A DNA stretch of 64,000 bases. Source: Naegleria gruberi. Its lineage: Eukaryota. The notes under the pieces were generated by a model. That model had not been told where the DNA came from and searched no databases. It was given only the letters and a program-made list of their open reading frames with translations. The stretch lies in assembly GCA_000004985.1 (NCBI GenBank), contig GG738874.1. The stretch is one strand, 5' to 3'. This document shows, in pieces, positions 34,826-45,200 of this stretch (the first letter of the stretch is position 1; the number at the start of each line of letters is the position of its first letter). Made by a program: the position numbers and the translations under genes.

Positions 34826-36991
34826 ATGTTCAACCAAGAGTTTTCATTTCCAGCAAAGAAAGTACCATCATCAACTCATGAATCTCCGAGTATTGACAAT
34901 GAGCAACAGCAACCATTCGAGAAACCTGTAAGGATGGAAAAACCACCCATTCAAAATGATATTGAAGATTATGGCCTTATTGGAAATTGCCACACAGCTT
35001 GCCTTGTTGGTATGAGAGGATCCATCGATTATTGTTGCTTTCCACAATTCGATTCTCCTCCAATCTTTTCCAAACTCATTAGTAATCAACCTGCAGAGAC
35101 TTGTGGATTCTTTTCCATTCATCCAATGCGTATTGAAGATACCACGAATAAGCAACATTACTTTCCCGATTCTAATGTATTGGTCACCAAGTTCTTGTTG
35201 AGTGAAGGTGTTGGTCAATTGGTTGATTTGATGCCTATTTGGTCTGATAGTGGTGTTCATCCACAACAAACCGAAACGATGAATGAATCATCAACAAACT
35301 GCTCAACAATTGAAACTTGTTGTCCTATTACAAAACTCTTCAATTTGTATCACGGCTTCCATAGACAATTAGTGAAAACCAATAGTTCACAGTATAGAAA
35401 TTGCATTATTAGAAGGTTGGAAATTGTGCATGGAAAGATTGAGTTTCAAATTGTTTGTAAACCAATATTCAAATATGGAGCAGAGAAACCTCATGTTGAG
35501 ATATGCTCAAACAAGAAGAGTGTCGTCTTTTCATGTTCTGACCAGGCCATTATTCTTGAATCTAATAGACCATGCTTCGAAAGCATAGATGAAAAGGGAG
35601 CAGTCATTGGTTTGATTGAAATGAGTGAAATTGATCCAGAGAAGAGTTGTGTATTCTGTCTGAGATATTTAGAACAGGGAGATATGAAGGGAAATCATGA
35701 TTGTCAGACCTTATTGGATGAAATGTGCATTAATGAAGATTTGATGCTTATCACCAATGATCTCACTATTAAGACCATTAATTATTGGCAAAAGTACATT
35801 TGTAATAGTAATTACCAAGGAATTTTCAGAGAGATGGTCAATAGATCACTTCTAGCTCTCAAACTTTTAATGTTCAACGAGACAGGAGCTATAATTTCAT
35901 CTCCAACAACATCACTTCCCAAGTCAATTGGTGGTAATAGAAATTATGATTATAGATTTTGCTGGATAAGAGATGCCACCTTCTCAGTTAATGCTTTCCT
36001 CAAGACTGGAATGATTGAAGATGCTGCAAAAATTGTTGGATTTATTGAAAAGACATTTGATTCTGAAAAATCAGATTCCAAACCACTTTCCAATATTTAC
36101 ACAATTATGGGAAAGAAATTGAGCGGTTCCATTCAAGAAATCTCCAAGTTTAGTGGTTTCAAGCAAAGTATGCCTGTACGTGTTGGAAACATGGCTTCCA
36201 ATGCAATAGAATTGGATATTTATGGTGAACTGTTGGATTCAATCTATAACTTTGACATTGTCAGACCAATTTCTTACAACTTTTGGATTAAGTTGAAAGA
36301 TGTAGTTGAATTTGTAATTGAAAATTGGAGAAATCCGGATCATTCCATTTGGGAAAAGAGCAATAATAAGTGTCACTTTGTATATTCCAAAGTCATGTCA
36401 TGGTGTTGTTTGGACAGAGCATTGAGATTGGCTGATAGAAGAAGTTTCCCTGCTCCAAATGATAGATGGCTCAAAATAAGAAATGAAATCTATGAGGATG
36501 TAATGAAGAATGGATACAATGAAAAGATGAACACCTTTGTACAATCCTATGGTTCTGAAGTTCTTGATGTTTCTCTCCTTATTATGCCAATTATTGATTT
36601 TCTTCCAATTTCAGATCCAAGAATGGTCAACACTATCAATGCAATCAATAAGAAACCAAAAGAAGGTGGATTAGTTACCTCATCCCTTGTCTACAGAACC
36701 AGTGATCATCACAAGAGTGAAAAGTCAGCCACAGAGGGCACTTATAATATGCTCACTTTTTGGCTATTGAGAGTTTTGGCCATGATGAGTGATTATGACA
36801 ATAACAAGCTCAGACAAGCCCAACTCATGTTCGAACAAATATCCACCTTTAGTAATCATGTCGATCTCTATAGTGAATTGACCTCCTTTAGTGGTCTCAT
36901 GTTGGGTAATTTTATCCATTCCAATACTCATAGCTCACTCATTGTAGCAGCTGTTGAATTGGCCAAAAGAATTGACAATACAAACCTCTAA
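34826..36991 (+). CDS. Glycoside hydrolase family 15 (glucoamylase / bacterial-type trehalase-like), intronless
   Basis: A 721-aa continuous ORF. The N-terminal domain carries DYGLIGNCHTACLVGMRGSIDYCCFPQFDSPPIF. The catalytic (alpha/alpha)6 region carries NYDYRFCWIRDATFSVNAFLKTGMIEDAAK, which fits the GH15 WxRD signature. Confidence 0.78.
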   Translation: MFNQEFSFPAKKVPSSTHESPSIDNEQQQPFEKPVRMEKPPIQNDIEDYGLIGNCHTACLVGMRGSIDYCCFPQFDSPPIFSKLISNQPAETCGFFSIHPMRIEDTTNKQHYFPDSNVLVTKFLLSEGVGQLVDLMPIWSDSGVHPQQTETMNESSTNCSTIETCCPITKLFNLYHGFHRQLVKTNSSQYRNCIIRRLEIVHGKIEFQIVCKPIFKYGAEKPHVEICSNKKSVVFSCSDQAIILESNRPCFESIDEKGAVIGLIEMSEIDPEKSCVFCLRYLEQGDMKGNHDCQTLLDEMCINEDLMLITNDLTIKTINYWQKYICNSNYQGIFREMVNRSLLALKLLMFNETGAIISSPTTSLPKSIGGNRNYDYRFCWIRDATFSVNAFLKTGMIEDAAKIVGFIEKTFDSEKSDSKPLSNIYTIMGKKLSGSIQEISKFSGFKQSMPVRVGNMASNAIELDIYGELLDSIYNFDIVRPISYNFWIKLKDVVEFVIENWRNPDHSIWEKSNNKCHFVYSKVMSWCCLDRALRLADRRSFPAPNDRWLKIRNEIYEDVMKNGYNEKMNTFVQSYGSEVLDVSLLIMPIIDFLPISDPRMVNTINAINKKPKEGGLVTSSLVYRTSDHHKSEKSATEGTYNMLTFWLLRVLAMMSDYDNNKLRQAQLMFEQISTFSNHVDLYSELTSFSGLMLGNFIHSNTHSSLIVAAVELAKRIDNTNL

Positions 36992-37103
36992 CTACTCTCA
37001 AAAACGATTCCCAACTCTATTGAAAATTCAAGATCTCAACATCACCAGACCTTCAAAGTTAGTTTCTAAAAAGTTGTACAATAAAAAAATCCTTAGAAAA
37101 AAA

Positions 37104-38777
37104 ATGATTAATGGAAATATTACTCTCCGTCGTCATCAGAGACATTTATTGGAGGAGGGCGTTAATTTGGTCCCTGATCCTAACTTGATGACTGTTCCAC
37201 CTGGAGGAGCTGGAGGTGAAAGTTTTAGTGAGGCAATGCCAACAATTTTATTAACCCCACCAAAGAGAGAGCCAATGCCTTTGAGAACACCTAAATCGGT
37301 ATCACCTGCATTGTCTAATGCATCAACTTCATCATTGTTTTTATCGGTGAATGCAACACCTCAGGGAAATAATTTTGCCTTTCCATCACCAAAAGGATTT
37401 AATAATTTGGATACCCCTAATAATTTGTTTTTAAGAAAACCTTCATCAGCCATGCAATCAAAGTCTGTTTTTGAGGGTCTTCCAGGATTTGTAAGTATTC
37501 CTTATTAAATTATTAGTATTTATTTATTTGGAATACAACAGAAAAAATGTAATCAAGAACAGTTTGAACATCATGCTCCAAAGGATGAAAAACAACAAAA
37601 GAAGAATCCAACTAAATATTCTGTAAGTTTGTTGTTGGATCTTTGAGACTAATTTTTATGGAATTAGAAAGATATTGAGGAGAGGTCAATTAATGCAGCC
37701 AAATCGTATAGATTTTTTGAGGATTCAATTTTGAGAAAACCTTCTTTAACTATTGGGCAATACAAGAGAAATAGCGTCCTGTATGAAGCTGATTTGAAGG
37801 ATTACAAAAGATTGAATATGGTTGCTGCCATGTCTGCATTGGAAGAAACTCCAATTGAAAAATATAATCGCTTAAAACAGGAAATTGAGGATTTTATTGG
37901 AGAAATGGGAAGAATGTCAGTGGAAAATCCAAAAGTAAAACTTGTTGGAGAAAATGTAGCAGTGTACTCTGAAATATTGGAGCAATCAAAAGAATTGAGG
38001 CAAAAGTTGGAAGTTGCAAAGGATACCAATACTTGCTGCTTTTTAGAATTGAATAACAAGGAGGATGAGTCAACAAATCAAATTCTTAGCCAAATTCAAT
38101 CCGAACTGGATAAGGCATTGGAAAATCAGTTAAATACTCTTGTTTCTCCTCAACAACAAACTCCAAAACTTCAAAAACCAAAGAAGGAAACTATTTCTCA
38201 GGACTCTTCAAGAGTGTTAAGATTGGAAAGAAGATTGGCTCACTTGGAGAAATTAGTTGGAACTGAGGATGAAAGGAGAAATGTCCTGCTTAATGATAAA
38301 AACTCCTCTGCCACTACGAAAAAGTATGCAAGTCTTGAAACAGCCATCAACATTTTGGAAAAGAAGGTCAACACAATTGATCCTTTCTTTATGCAATCGT
38401 TAGAGTCTAGAATTAAGAATATTTTGAAGGATTTGGAAAATATCTCCACTCTTGAAGTTGTAAACTCTTCATCAATAAGCTTTAATGGAACAAAAATTGA
38501 AAATTTATATCAAAGGGTCAGAAAGTGGGATGAGTTAACAAAACAAGTTCCTATGATTGTTTCAAGACTGCAAACATTGAAAATTGTTCATGATGAAGCA
38601 ATATATTTTGCAGGAACTGTCTCAAAATTGAAACAACAACAAGAGGAACTTTCTAGATTGTTGGATGGGAATGAAAAATTACTCACTAACATTTCCACTA
38701 ATTTTGATGATAATTTAGTGACTATTAATAAGAATATTAAATTAATCCAAACCAGGATTGAGAATATCAAAAAGTAA
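37104..38777 (+). CDS. DCTN2: Dynactin subunit 2 (p50/dynamitin). Exons 37104..37490, 37542..37622, 37668..38777.
   Basis: The C-terminal half aligns to metazoan dynamitin: LERRLAHLEKLVGTEDERRN, LYQRVRKWDELTKQVPMIVSRLQTLKIVHDEAIYFAGTVSKL, NISTNFDDNLVTINKNIKLIQTRIENIKK. Introns 37491..37541 (gtaagt...acag) and 37623..37667 (gtaagt...aattag) are in phase 0. The start ATG at 37104 is the first in frame after the upstream gene's stop. Confidence 0.75.
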
Positions 38778-38778
38778 T

Positions 38779-39579
38779 CTATAACATGATTACTATCAAC
38801 ATTGAAATCAATGTCATGACTGTAACAGAAATATTAATTACTGCTACGCTCGAAACTTGTGTACAAGCACTAACAGGAGTGGCACTATAATTGATTACAT
38901 CTCCGCTTTGTCCAACCAATCCTGCACTATTCTTCACACAGAAATACTTGAATTTCTTATCCAAATCAGTATTCAAGAAAAAGACACCCTGGTAAAACCA
39001 GTTGAAAGGATTGTAACCTCTGTCTCTGTTCCAACATCTATAAAGATGAGAATTTCCAAACTACAAATTACTTACGAATCAGTATATTTCATACATTCCG
39101 AATAACAGACAGGCAAGGCAGTATTATTAGAAGGATAACAGGAAGGAAAGTTTCTCAAACAAGAAAACCTTTTCCAAGATGTGGTGCAAGACTCGTCATC
39201 TGGTAAAAATTTAGAATTTTTCTTATAATTAGATAACAATGAAGCATCAACACTTGAATAATTGCTTGGTAGACAGCTATTTGTGGTGATTAGTTGATTG
39301 ATAGTATAAATATTGATTAATACTCTATTGATGTGATTAAATTATTGTAACATACACATATTCAGAGTCTGGTAAATGTTTGTAACACATGCCGAGTCCG
39401 GATTTATATTCACTTGATGCTTTGACGTCAGAAACGAGAAGACATTGACCATTGCAAGTTGATGTCGTCACTTGAGAATGAACATTTATAATCATCAATA
39501 AAAGAATCACAAAAGCAGTGAGAAGTTTGGGCACTGAAGTTAGAGAATGCAGTATCATCCTTTTTTTTTGATTTTTCAT
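38779..39579 (-). CDS. Small secreted Cys-rich protein with a signal peptide and a C-terminal GPI-like hydrophobic tail. The Cys spacing resembles a Frizzled-type CRD. Exons 39579..39356, 39276..39076, 39037..38779.
   Basis: ATG at 39579. Signal peptide MKNQKKRMILHSLTSVPKLLTAFVILLLMIINVHS. Introns 39277..39355 (gtatgt...aaatag) and 39038..39075 (gtaagt...tttatag). The spliced core reads CTTSWKRFSCLRNFPSCYPSNNTALPVCYSECMKYTDSC, which fits W..F.C..FP.C....P.C...C......C. The C-terminus VSSVAVINISVTVMTLISMLIVIML looks like a GPI-anchor signal. Confidence 0.55.
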
Positions 39580-39955
39580 GATGAGTGACGTTTAATTGGT
39601 GTGAAAATGGCTGCCAACGATCAACAATCCTAAACTTTCTAGATGACCTGTTGTAAGATGGGATGGAATTACATTCGATCAAACTTTTTTAACATGCTTT
39701 GTTTGAGGATAATCACTCCTAACAATGTATCCAAGGATTAAGGAAAATCCAAATCCTCTCCATTTTCCCCACACAAAAAACTCACAATATTTGAAGGCCA
39801 TTAAAAAACATTCCATCAAGTCCAACTGCACAATAAAAAATGGTCCACCTTTTTTCGGGTTGCAGCTCAACATACTGCTCATAAAGTGGGGTCAATAAGA
39901 GTGTGTTAGAACTAACTTCCAGTTTGAAAAAAGTAAAAACACAACACATAGCACG

Positions 39956-40942
39956 ATGCAGTCATCATCTTTAGCAAATTACCCATCTTCTTCATCACAA
40001 TATTATAATATTAAAACAACTTCAATGAAGGAAATTAAAGCAATGAAGGAAAAGCAAAGAGTTGAAGCAATTTTGGATGGAGAAGTAACAATCATTGACA
40101 TGTCTCCAAAAACTAATATTTTCCTCATCAAATGTAATTGGGAAGAATGTAATTCATCTTCAATTCAGAATCAGCAACCAACTTCATCAACCGATAATAA
40201 TAATAGAGACGCTCATGAAATTGAAATCTCTCACGAATCAACTCATTCCACTCCTCAAGAATCATCATCTTCCAAATATTCTCACATTAAGATTAATAAG
40301 AAGGCAAAATATATTCTGATTGATACTGGTACGAATGGACAAGAGGAAAAACTAATCAAGGTTTTAGATAAGGAACTAGGCATTACACCGAATGATCTCT
40401 CCCTGATAGTAATTACTCATGCTCACATGGATCATGCAGGTACTTGTTGGTATTTGAAAAAGCACTTCCCTCATGTGCCAATTGCTGTGCCCGATCTGGA
40501 ATATGAAATGCTCAGGAGGGGAGAACCAGCACCTAGCACACCAACTAATTTAGTAGCTAAAATTCTGTACATTCGGGGGAGTAGAAAGAAGATTTTACCT
40601 TTCGAGCCCGATTTGAGATTTAAGGGAGGAGAACATTTGGAAGAGTTTGGAGTGAAGGCTTCCATTGTTCATATGAAAGGTCATACGGAGGGCAATATTG
40701 CAGTCATGCTCGATAATAAGAAGGCTGCCATTATGAATGATGTCATGAAGGGAGGTTTCTTCTCTTATGGAAAGCCAGGTTATCATCTCTTCTATGATGA
40801 CAAGATGCAAATTTTGAAGAATATCAAATGGGCCTTTGATGAAGGATTTCAGACCTTCCTAGTAACTCATGGATATGCATTCACAAGGGAACCACTGATT
40901 ACTTGGCTAGAGAAGGAATTGAAACAAAATAAATTAATGTAA
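39956..40942 (+). CDS. Metallo-beta-lactamase-fold hydrolase
   Basis: A 328-aa ORF with a true ATG. The HxHxDH motif is present as VITHAHMDHAGT. Downstream H/D ligands lie in ...IVHMKGHTEGNIAV... and ...LVTHGYAF.... Intronless. Confidence 0.7.
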   Translation: MQSSSLANYPSSSSQYYNIKTTSMKEIKAMKEKQRVEAILDGEVTIIDMSPKTNIFLIKCNWEECNSSSIQNQQPTSSTDNNNRDAHEIEISHESTHSTPQESSSSKYSHIKINKKAKYILIDTGTNGQEEKLIKVLDKELGITPNDLSLIVITHAHMDHAGTCWYLKKHFPHVPIAVPDLEYEMLRRGEPAPSTPTNLVAKILYIRGSRKKILPFEPDLRFKGGEHLEEFGVKASIVHMKGHTEGNIAVMLDNKKAAIMNDVMKGGFFSYGKPGYHLFYDDKMQILKNIKWAFDEGFQTFLVTHGYAFTREPLITWLEKELKQNKLM

Positions 40943-41223
40943 ATTAAGGATTAACTGCAGCTGCTAGTATTATTATTAGGTTATCATAATACCCAAACCA
41001 TAGCGGTGATTATTGAATGTTGCATTCAGGAGATTGTTGAACGATTCGTGATAATTAATGCGATCTCTTCATAGTATGCTTATTGCAACTCCCGAGAAAA
41101 GGGCGTATTTTCTCCCAAAGTTAACTATTTACAATAATTTCATCCACCCTCTCTCATCACCAAATCGATTTAAAAAGGATGCATTAAATAGATCAACAAA
41201 TCAAAATCTACACACAAAAAAAC

Positions 41224-41973
41224 ATGTCCACTTCATCAAAGCTCGTCGTTATTACTGGTGCTTCCTCTGGTATTGGAGAAGCTGCAGCTGAACTTTTGCA
41301 TTCAAAGGGTTATAAATTGTTGCTCCTTGCTCGTCGTTTGGAACGTATGCAGGAATTTGTAAAGCAACATTCCATGACTGAACAAGATACTCTCATTGCC
41401 CAATGTGATGTTACTCAAGTTGATGATATTAAGAAGGCCATTGATCATGCTCAAGATCATTTCAAATTACCAGTCGATTGTTTAATTAATAATGCAGGTG
41501 TCATGTATTTGCAACAATTGGCCGATCAATCCTTACAAAGACAAGAAACCATGATCTCCACCAATGTAAATGGTATTTTGAATGGTATTAATGTTGTTCT
41601 CAAATCAATGCTCGAACGTCAAACTGGTACCATTATTAACATTAGTTCAATTGCTGGTAAGAAGAGTTTTGGAAATCACGTTGCTTATTGTGGTACTAAA
41701 TTTGCTGTTCACGGATTGACAGAAGCTTTGAGATCTGAAGTTTCTGGATCCAAGGTCAGGGTCATTGTCATAGCTCCCGGAGTCACCCAAACTGAGTTAT
41801 TGGGTCACAACGACAAGGATCAAGTAGATCCATACGAGGATTGGAAAAAGACCATGTCTTTGGGTGTCTTGAAATCTGAAGATGTTGCTGCCAGTATTTT
41901 GTTTGCCTATGAAGCTCCTCCTCATGTTTGTATCAGAGAAATTGCCTTGGCTCCAACTGAACAACGCGATTAA
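41224..41973 (+). CDS. Short-chain dehydrogenase/reductase (classical SDR, NADP-dependent; serine/3-hydroxyacid dehydrogenase-like)
   Basis: Rossmann motif TGASSGIG. NNAG motif present. Catalytic S...YxxxK as ISSIAG...YCGTKFAV. 249 aa, intronless. Confidence 0.85.
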   Translation: MSTSSKLVVITGASSGIGEAAAELLHSKGYKLLLLARRLERMQEFVKQHSMTEQDTLIAQCDVTQVDDIKKAIDHAQDHFKLPVDCLINNAGVMYLQQLADQSLQRQETMISTNVNGILNGINVVLKSMLERQTGTIINISSIAGKKSFGNHVAYCGTKFAVHGLTEALRSEVSGSKVRVIVIAPGVTQTELLGHNDKDQVDPYEDWKKTMSLGVLKSEDVAASILFAYEAPPHVCIREIALAPTEQRD

Positions 41974-42290
41974 GCTTTTATGTTCCTGCCTATTTTATAC
42001 TACCACCCAAATTCTTTCCTTCCCTCTTTTCAATTTTAAATGTTCTTGAAGCTTTGAACCTTAATAAAGAAGAACATCATGTAATCTAAGATCAAGTTCT
42101 CAGTCATTGACCAATTCCGCTCAATTAAATAAACAAGGATCCTACATTCCTGTTCAGAGTCGCTTAAGAATTTGGCGCCAATCGACAAAACCCAAATACA
42201 GAAGCGAGAAATGCCAATCTCGTCTTGTGAACGCTTTGATATGTAAATATTAATGCCAAGGCGCGTTGTGTTTCGCCTCAATGAAAAAAG

Positions 42291-45200
42291 ATGAATCCAA
42301 CCCCATCCTCATCATCGATGACACCTCACAATATTCATCATACAGCCAATAACAGTGGTGGTGGAAGTAGTAGCACACCAATAACATCAATTGGTGGAGG
42401 AGGTAATAATAATGGTGTTTTTCCATTTCTGATGAGTAGTAATTCAAATTCAAGTTACAGCAACAGCAATACGAATAATAATTGTACAAAGAATGGCCAA
42501 CAACAACAGGGAGTAGTGGTGACGAATAGTGGACAATTTCACTCCCTATCCAGTATTAATTCAATTCATTTGACTCAAAATCTTCCTCAACAAACACCTC
42601 TTTCTCCCCGAATAACAAATAATAGTAATCATCGCGAACAATTGCAATTAACAGCTGCTCTTCATACCAGTACAGTATTTTCACCATCAAGTGTTACCGA
42701 GAAGACTCATGATGGTGACAATTCTTCGATATTTAATGGATCTGCCTCGAGCACAGTTCTCTCAAAATCAGCATTCAACACTGTTGTCAATAAGGTAAAA
42801 AATCATTTCATGAGTTTTACCTTATTCATGCAAGATAATGAAAAGAAACAGAGCAAAATGGATAGAATTATGATGTTTGGAATGTATATGTATATGATAT
42901 GGGTAGGAATATGGATTTCAACATTGAGTCCTTATGATTATCATTATGGAGAGTGGGGATCATGGTTCTTTGCAGTTGTGTTATGTGGTTGTTTTCCTGT
43001 CGTGTCCAATGAGTTTTGCCATGTCCACCTTTATAGATTGCAAGTGGATCAATATGGAAGGGTTTTCTCAAACCTCCTCTACACGAATGATTCTGAATAG
43101 ATTCAATACATTTTTTCAGGAGGAGAGATATTGCTATACGAGTACCAATATTGTCTTTCTAGTGATATTTCTGGTCACACATTTTCTGTTATCACTAATT
43201 TGTGCCTTCTCCACAACTGTCCTCTCCAATTCCCACCCACTCTCAAAAACTGTTTTTGTTGCAGATGCTAGTTTTGTTCCTGCCTTAATGTTTATGAGTA
43301 ACTTGATGGAGATTTTATTTCACTTTATTATTCCATCTAATTATGCATTTGTGAGATCGATCATTCACATAATCATGGCCTTAATATTTATAATATTCCT
43401 CTTTAAAAACATTACATATATGAGGAGAACAGACAATTCGATAATATCAGGATTTGGATTTGCCAAGTTGGGAGCAAGTGTTGGAAAGCTGATATCATTC
43501 TTTGTTAATAGAGATAATGTCAATAATACTCAAAATTACAACACGTATGGAATTATCATGACATGTGTGACAATAGGATTGGTAATATTTGGGTTTATTA
43601 TAGGGTTCATTGTAATGGAAATTTACACCAGATATATTGTTTATACCATACGTAAGGTATTGGAGAATATTATTATGCTAGCTGATAGATCTCAGTACTA
43701 CGAGCAAAGTAATGATGATTTGGATATGCAAGATAATCAAGAGAGTCAAATCATTGTTTATGAGAAAATAATTGAGAGGGAAGCACCAATGTTATACCAC
43801 AAAATTGACTCTGAAAAGAGAATGAAATTTCTGGTATATTATTTGAACTTTTGTATGCATAGGAATGTCGATGAGTTGATGAATAGCTCTCACCCCTCCG
43901 CCCATAAGAAGGTTTCCAGAATTGAATCAATTGGAATGACAGATACACATGTCGCTTTATGCTTTATCAAGGGTCTTTTTGGAGGTTCTACTTCGATTGT
44001 TACAAATGTCGGCCTCATGTTAACTTGTAGCTCACTTGTTGCTTACTACTGGCCTTCTTCAGCAGAGTCAGTTAACACAACATTATTTGCAAATAGCTTG
44101 TTAAGAAAAGCTCTCAAAAAGCAGCCATCATTTATTCAAAGATTCTTGATAGGTATCAAGATTAAGGAAATTGAGGTGAACGCTGATGAGAAAACTCGAC
44201 TCATGTTTGAGGCGAAACATCTGGTGTCAAAGTTAGAAAGAAGACAACAAGAGTTGAAAGCTCTTCATAGAAATTTCTGGAAAGAACTAACCCATGAAGT
44301 GGTCAATTATGAAAAAATTGAATCAATCATATTAAGGGCAAGTGAATTATCAAGTAAATGCGAAACTCACTACGAAAACCTCAGGCTTACATACCGTCAT
44401 GATAAATCACTATTGAGATCACATGCCCAATTCCTTGAGACCTGTAGATTTGATCCAGATATTGCTCACGAAATGTACAACGAAGCAAGCCTTATGGAGG
44501 AAGAAGATTCTGCCAACCATGCAATGAAATCCAAAAGTAACTTGATGGCAACGGTCAATATTGCAGAAAGAAGGAAAATGTGGAGGGATCAAGCAAAAAA
44601 CAGACCTAACAATAGAGGAATGGCTAATGGAAATGTGAAAGTGGTTCCAGTGAATGGAAATAAGGATATGGTAAGAGGTGATTCCACAAGCTCCATCGAG
44701 GGAAAAGAGGGACAAGAAGAATATGGACACCACTTTGAAATGATAGACCCAAGAACATCGCTCAGTTATTCAGATCAGTTACCATTCGATGGTGTTGAAA
44801 ACTTTGGAAATGTGCGAAAGGAAACAATATTTAGAACTTCACTTTCTGTACCTCACAGACACACTTTTCAACTTGGTGGATTTATTGCTTTCTTTATCTT
44901 GTCTGTATGTCTTTTAATATCTTCATCCATTCTGAGTGGTCTGATATCCTATGAGGTTACGGATGATTTACAAATTGTAAAGACAGGATGCATTCCAACT
45001 TCCTCTATAGTTCAAATGATTACAAAATTGAGATCCCTCAAGTTTGCTAATAGTCTTTACTCTCAAAAATCTTGGCCCACTGAAATGACATCGCTTGGGT
45101 TTAAAAACTTGACCGATTTCAATACCAAGATGTGGACAGATTTTAAACAATATTATTCATATTTTATTGCTCTAAGAGATATGAGTATGAAAGATAGAGT

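Noticed and set aside
39428-39882. Minus-strand ORFs 39428..39682 and 39679..39882
   Set aside because: The first overlaps the Fz-like gene's first exon out of frame. The second sits in promoter sequence. Neither has a recognisable domain.
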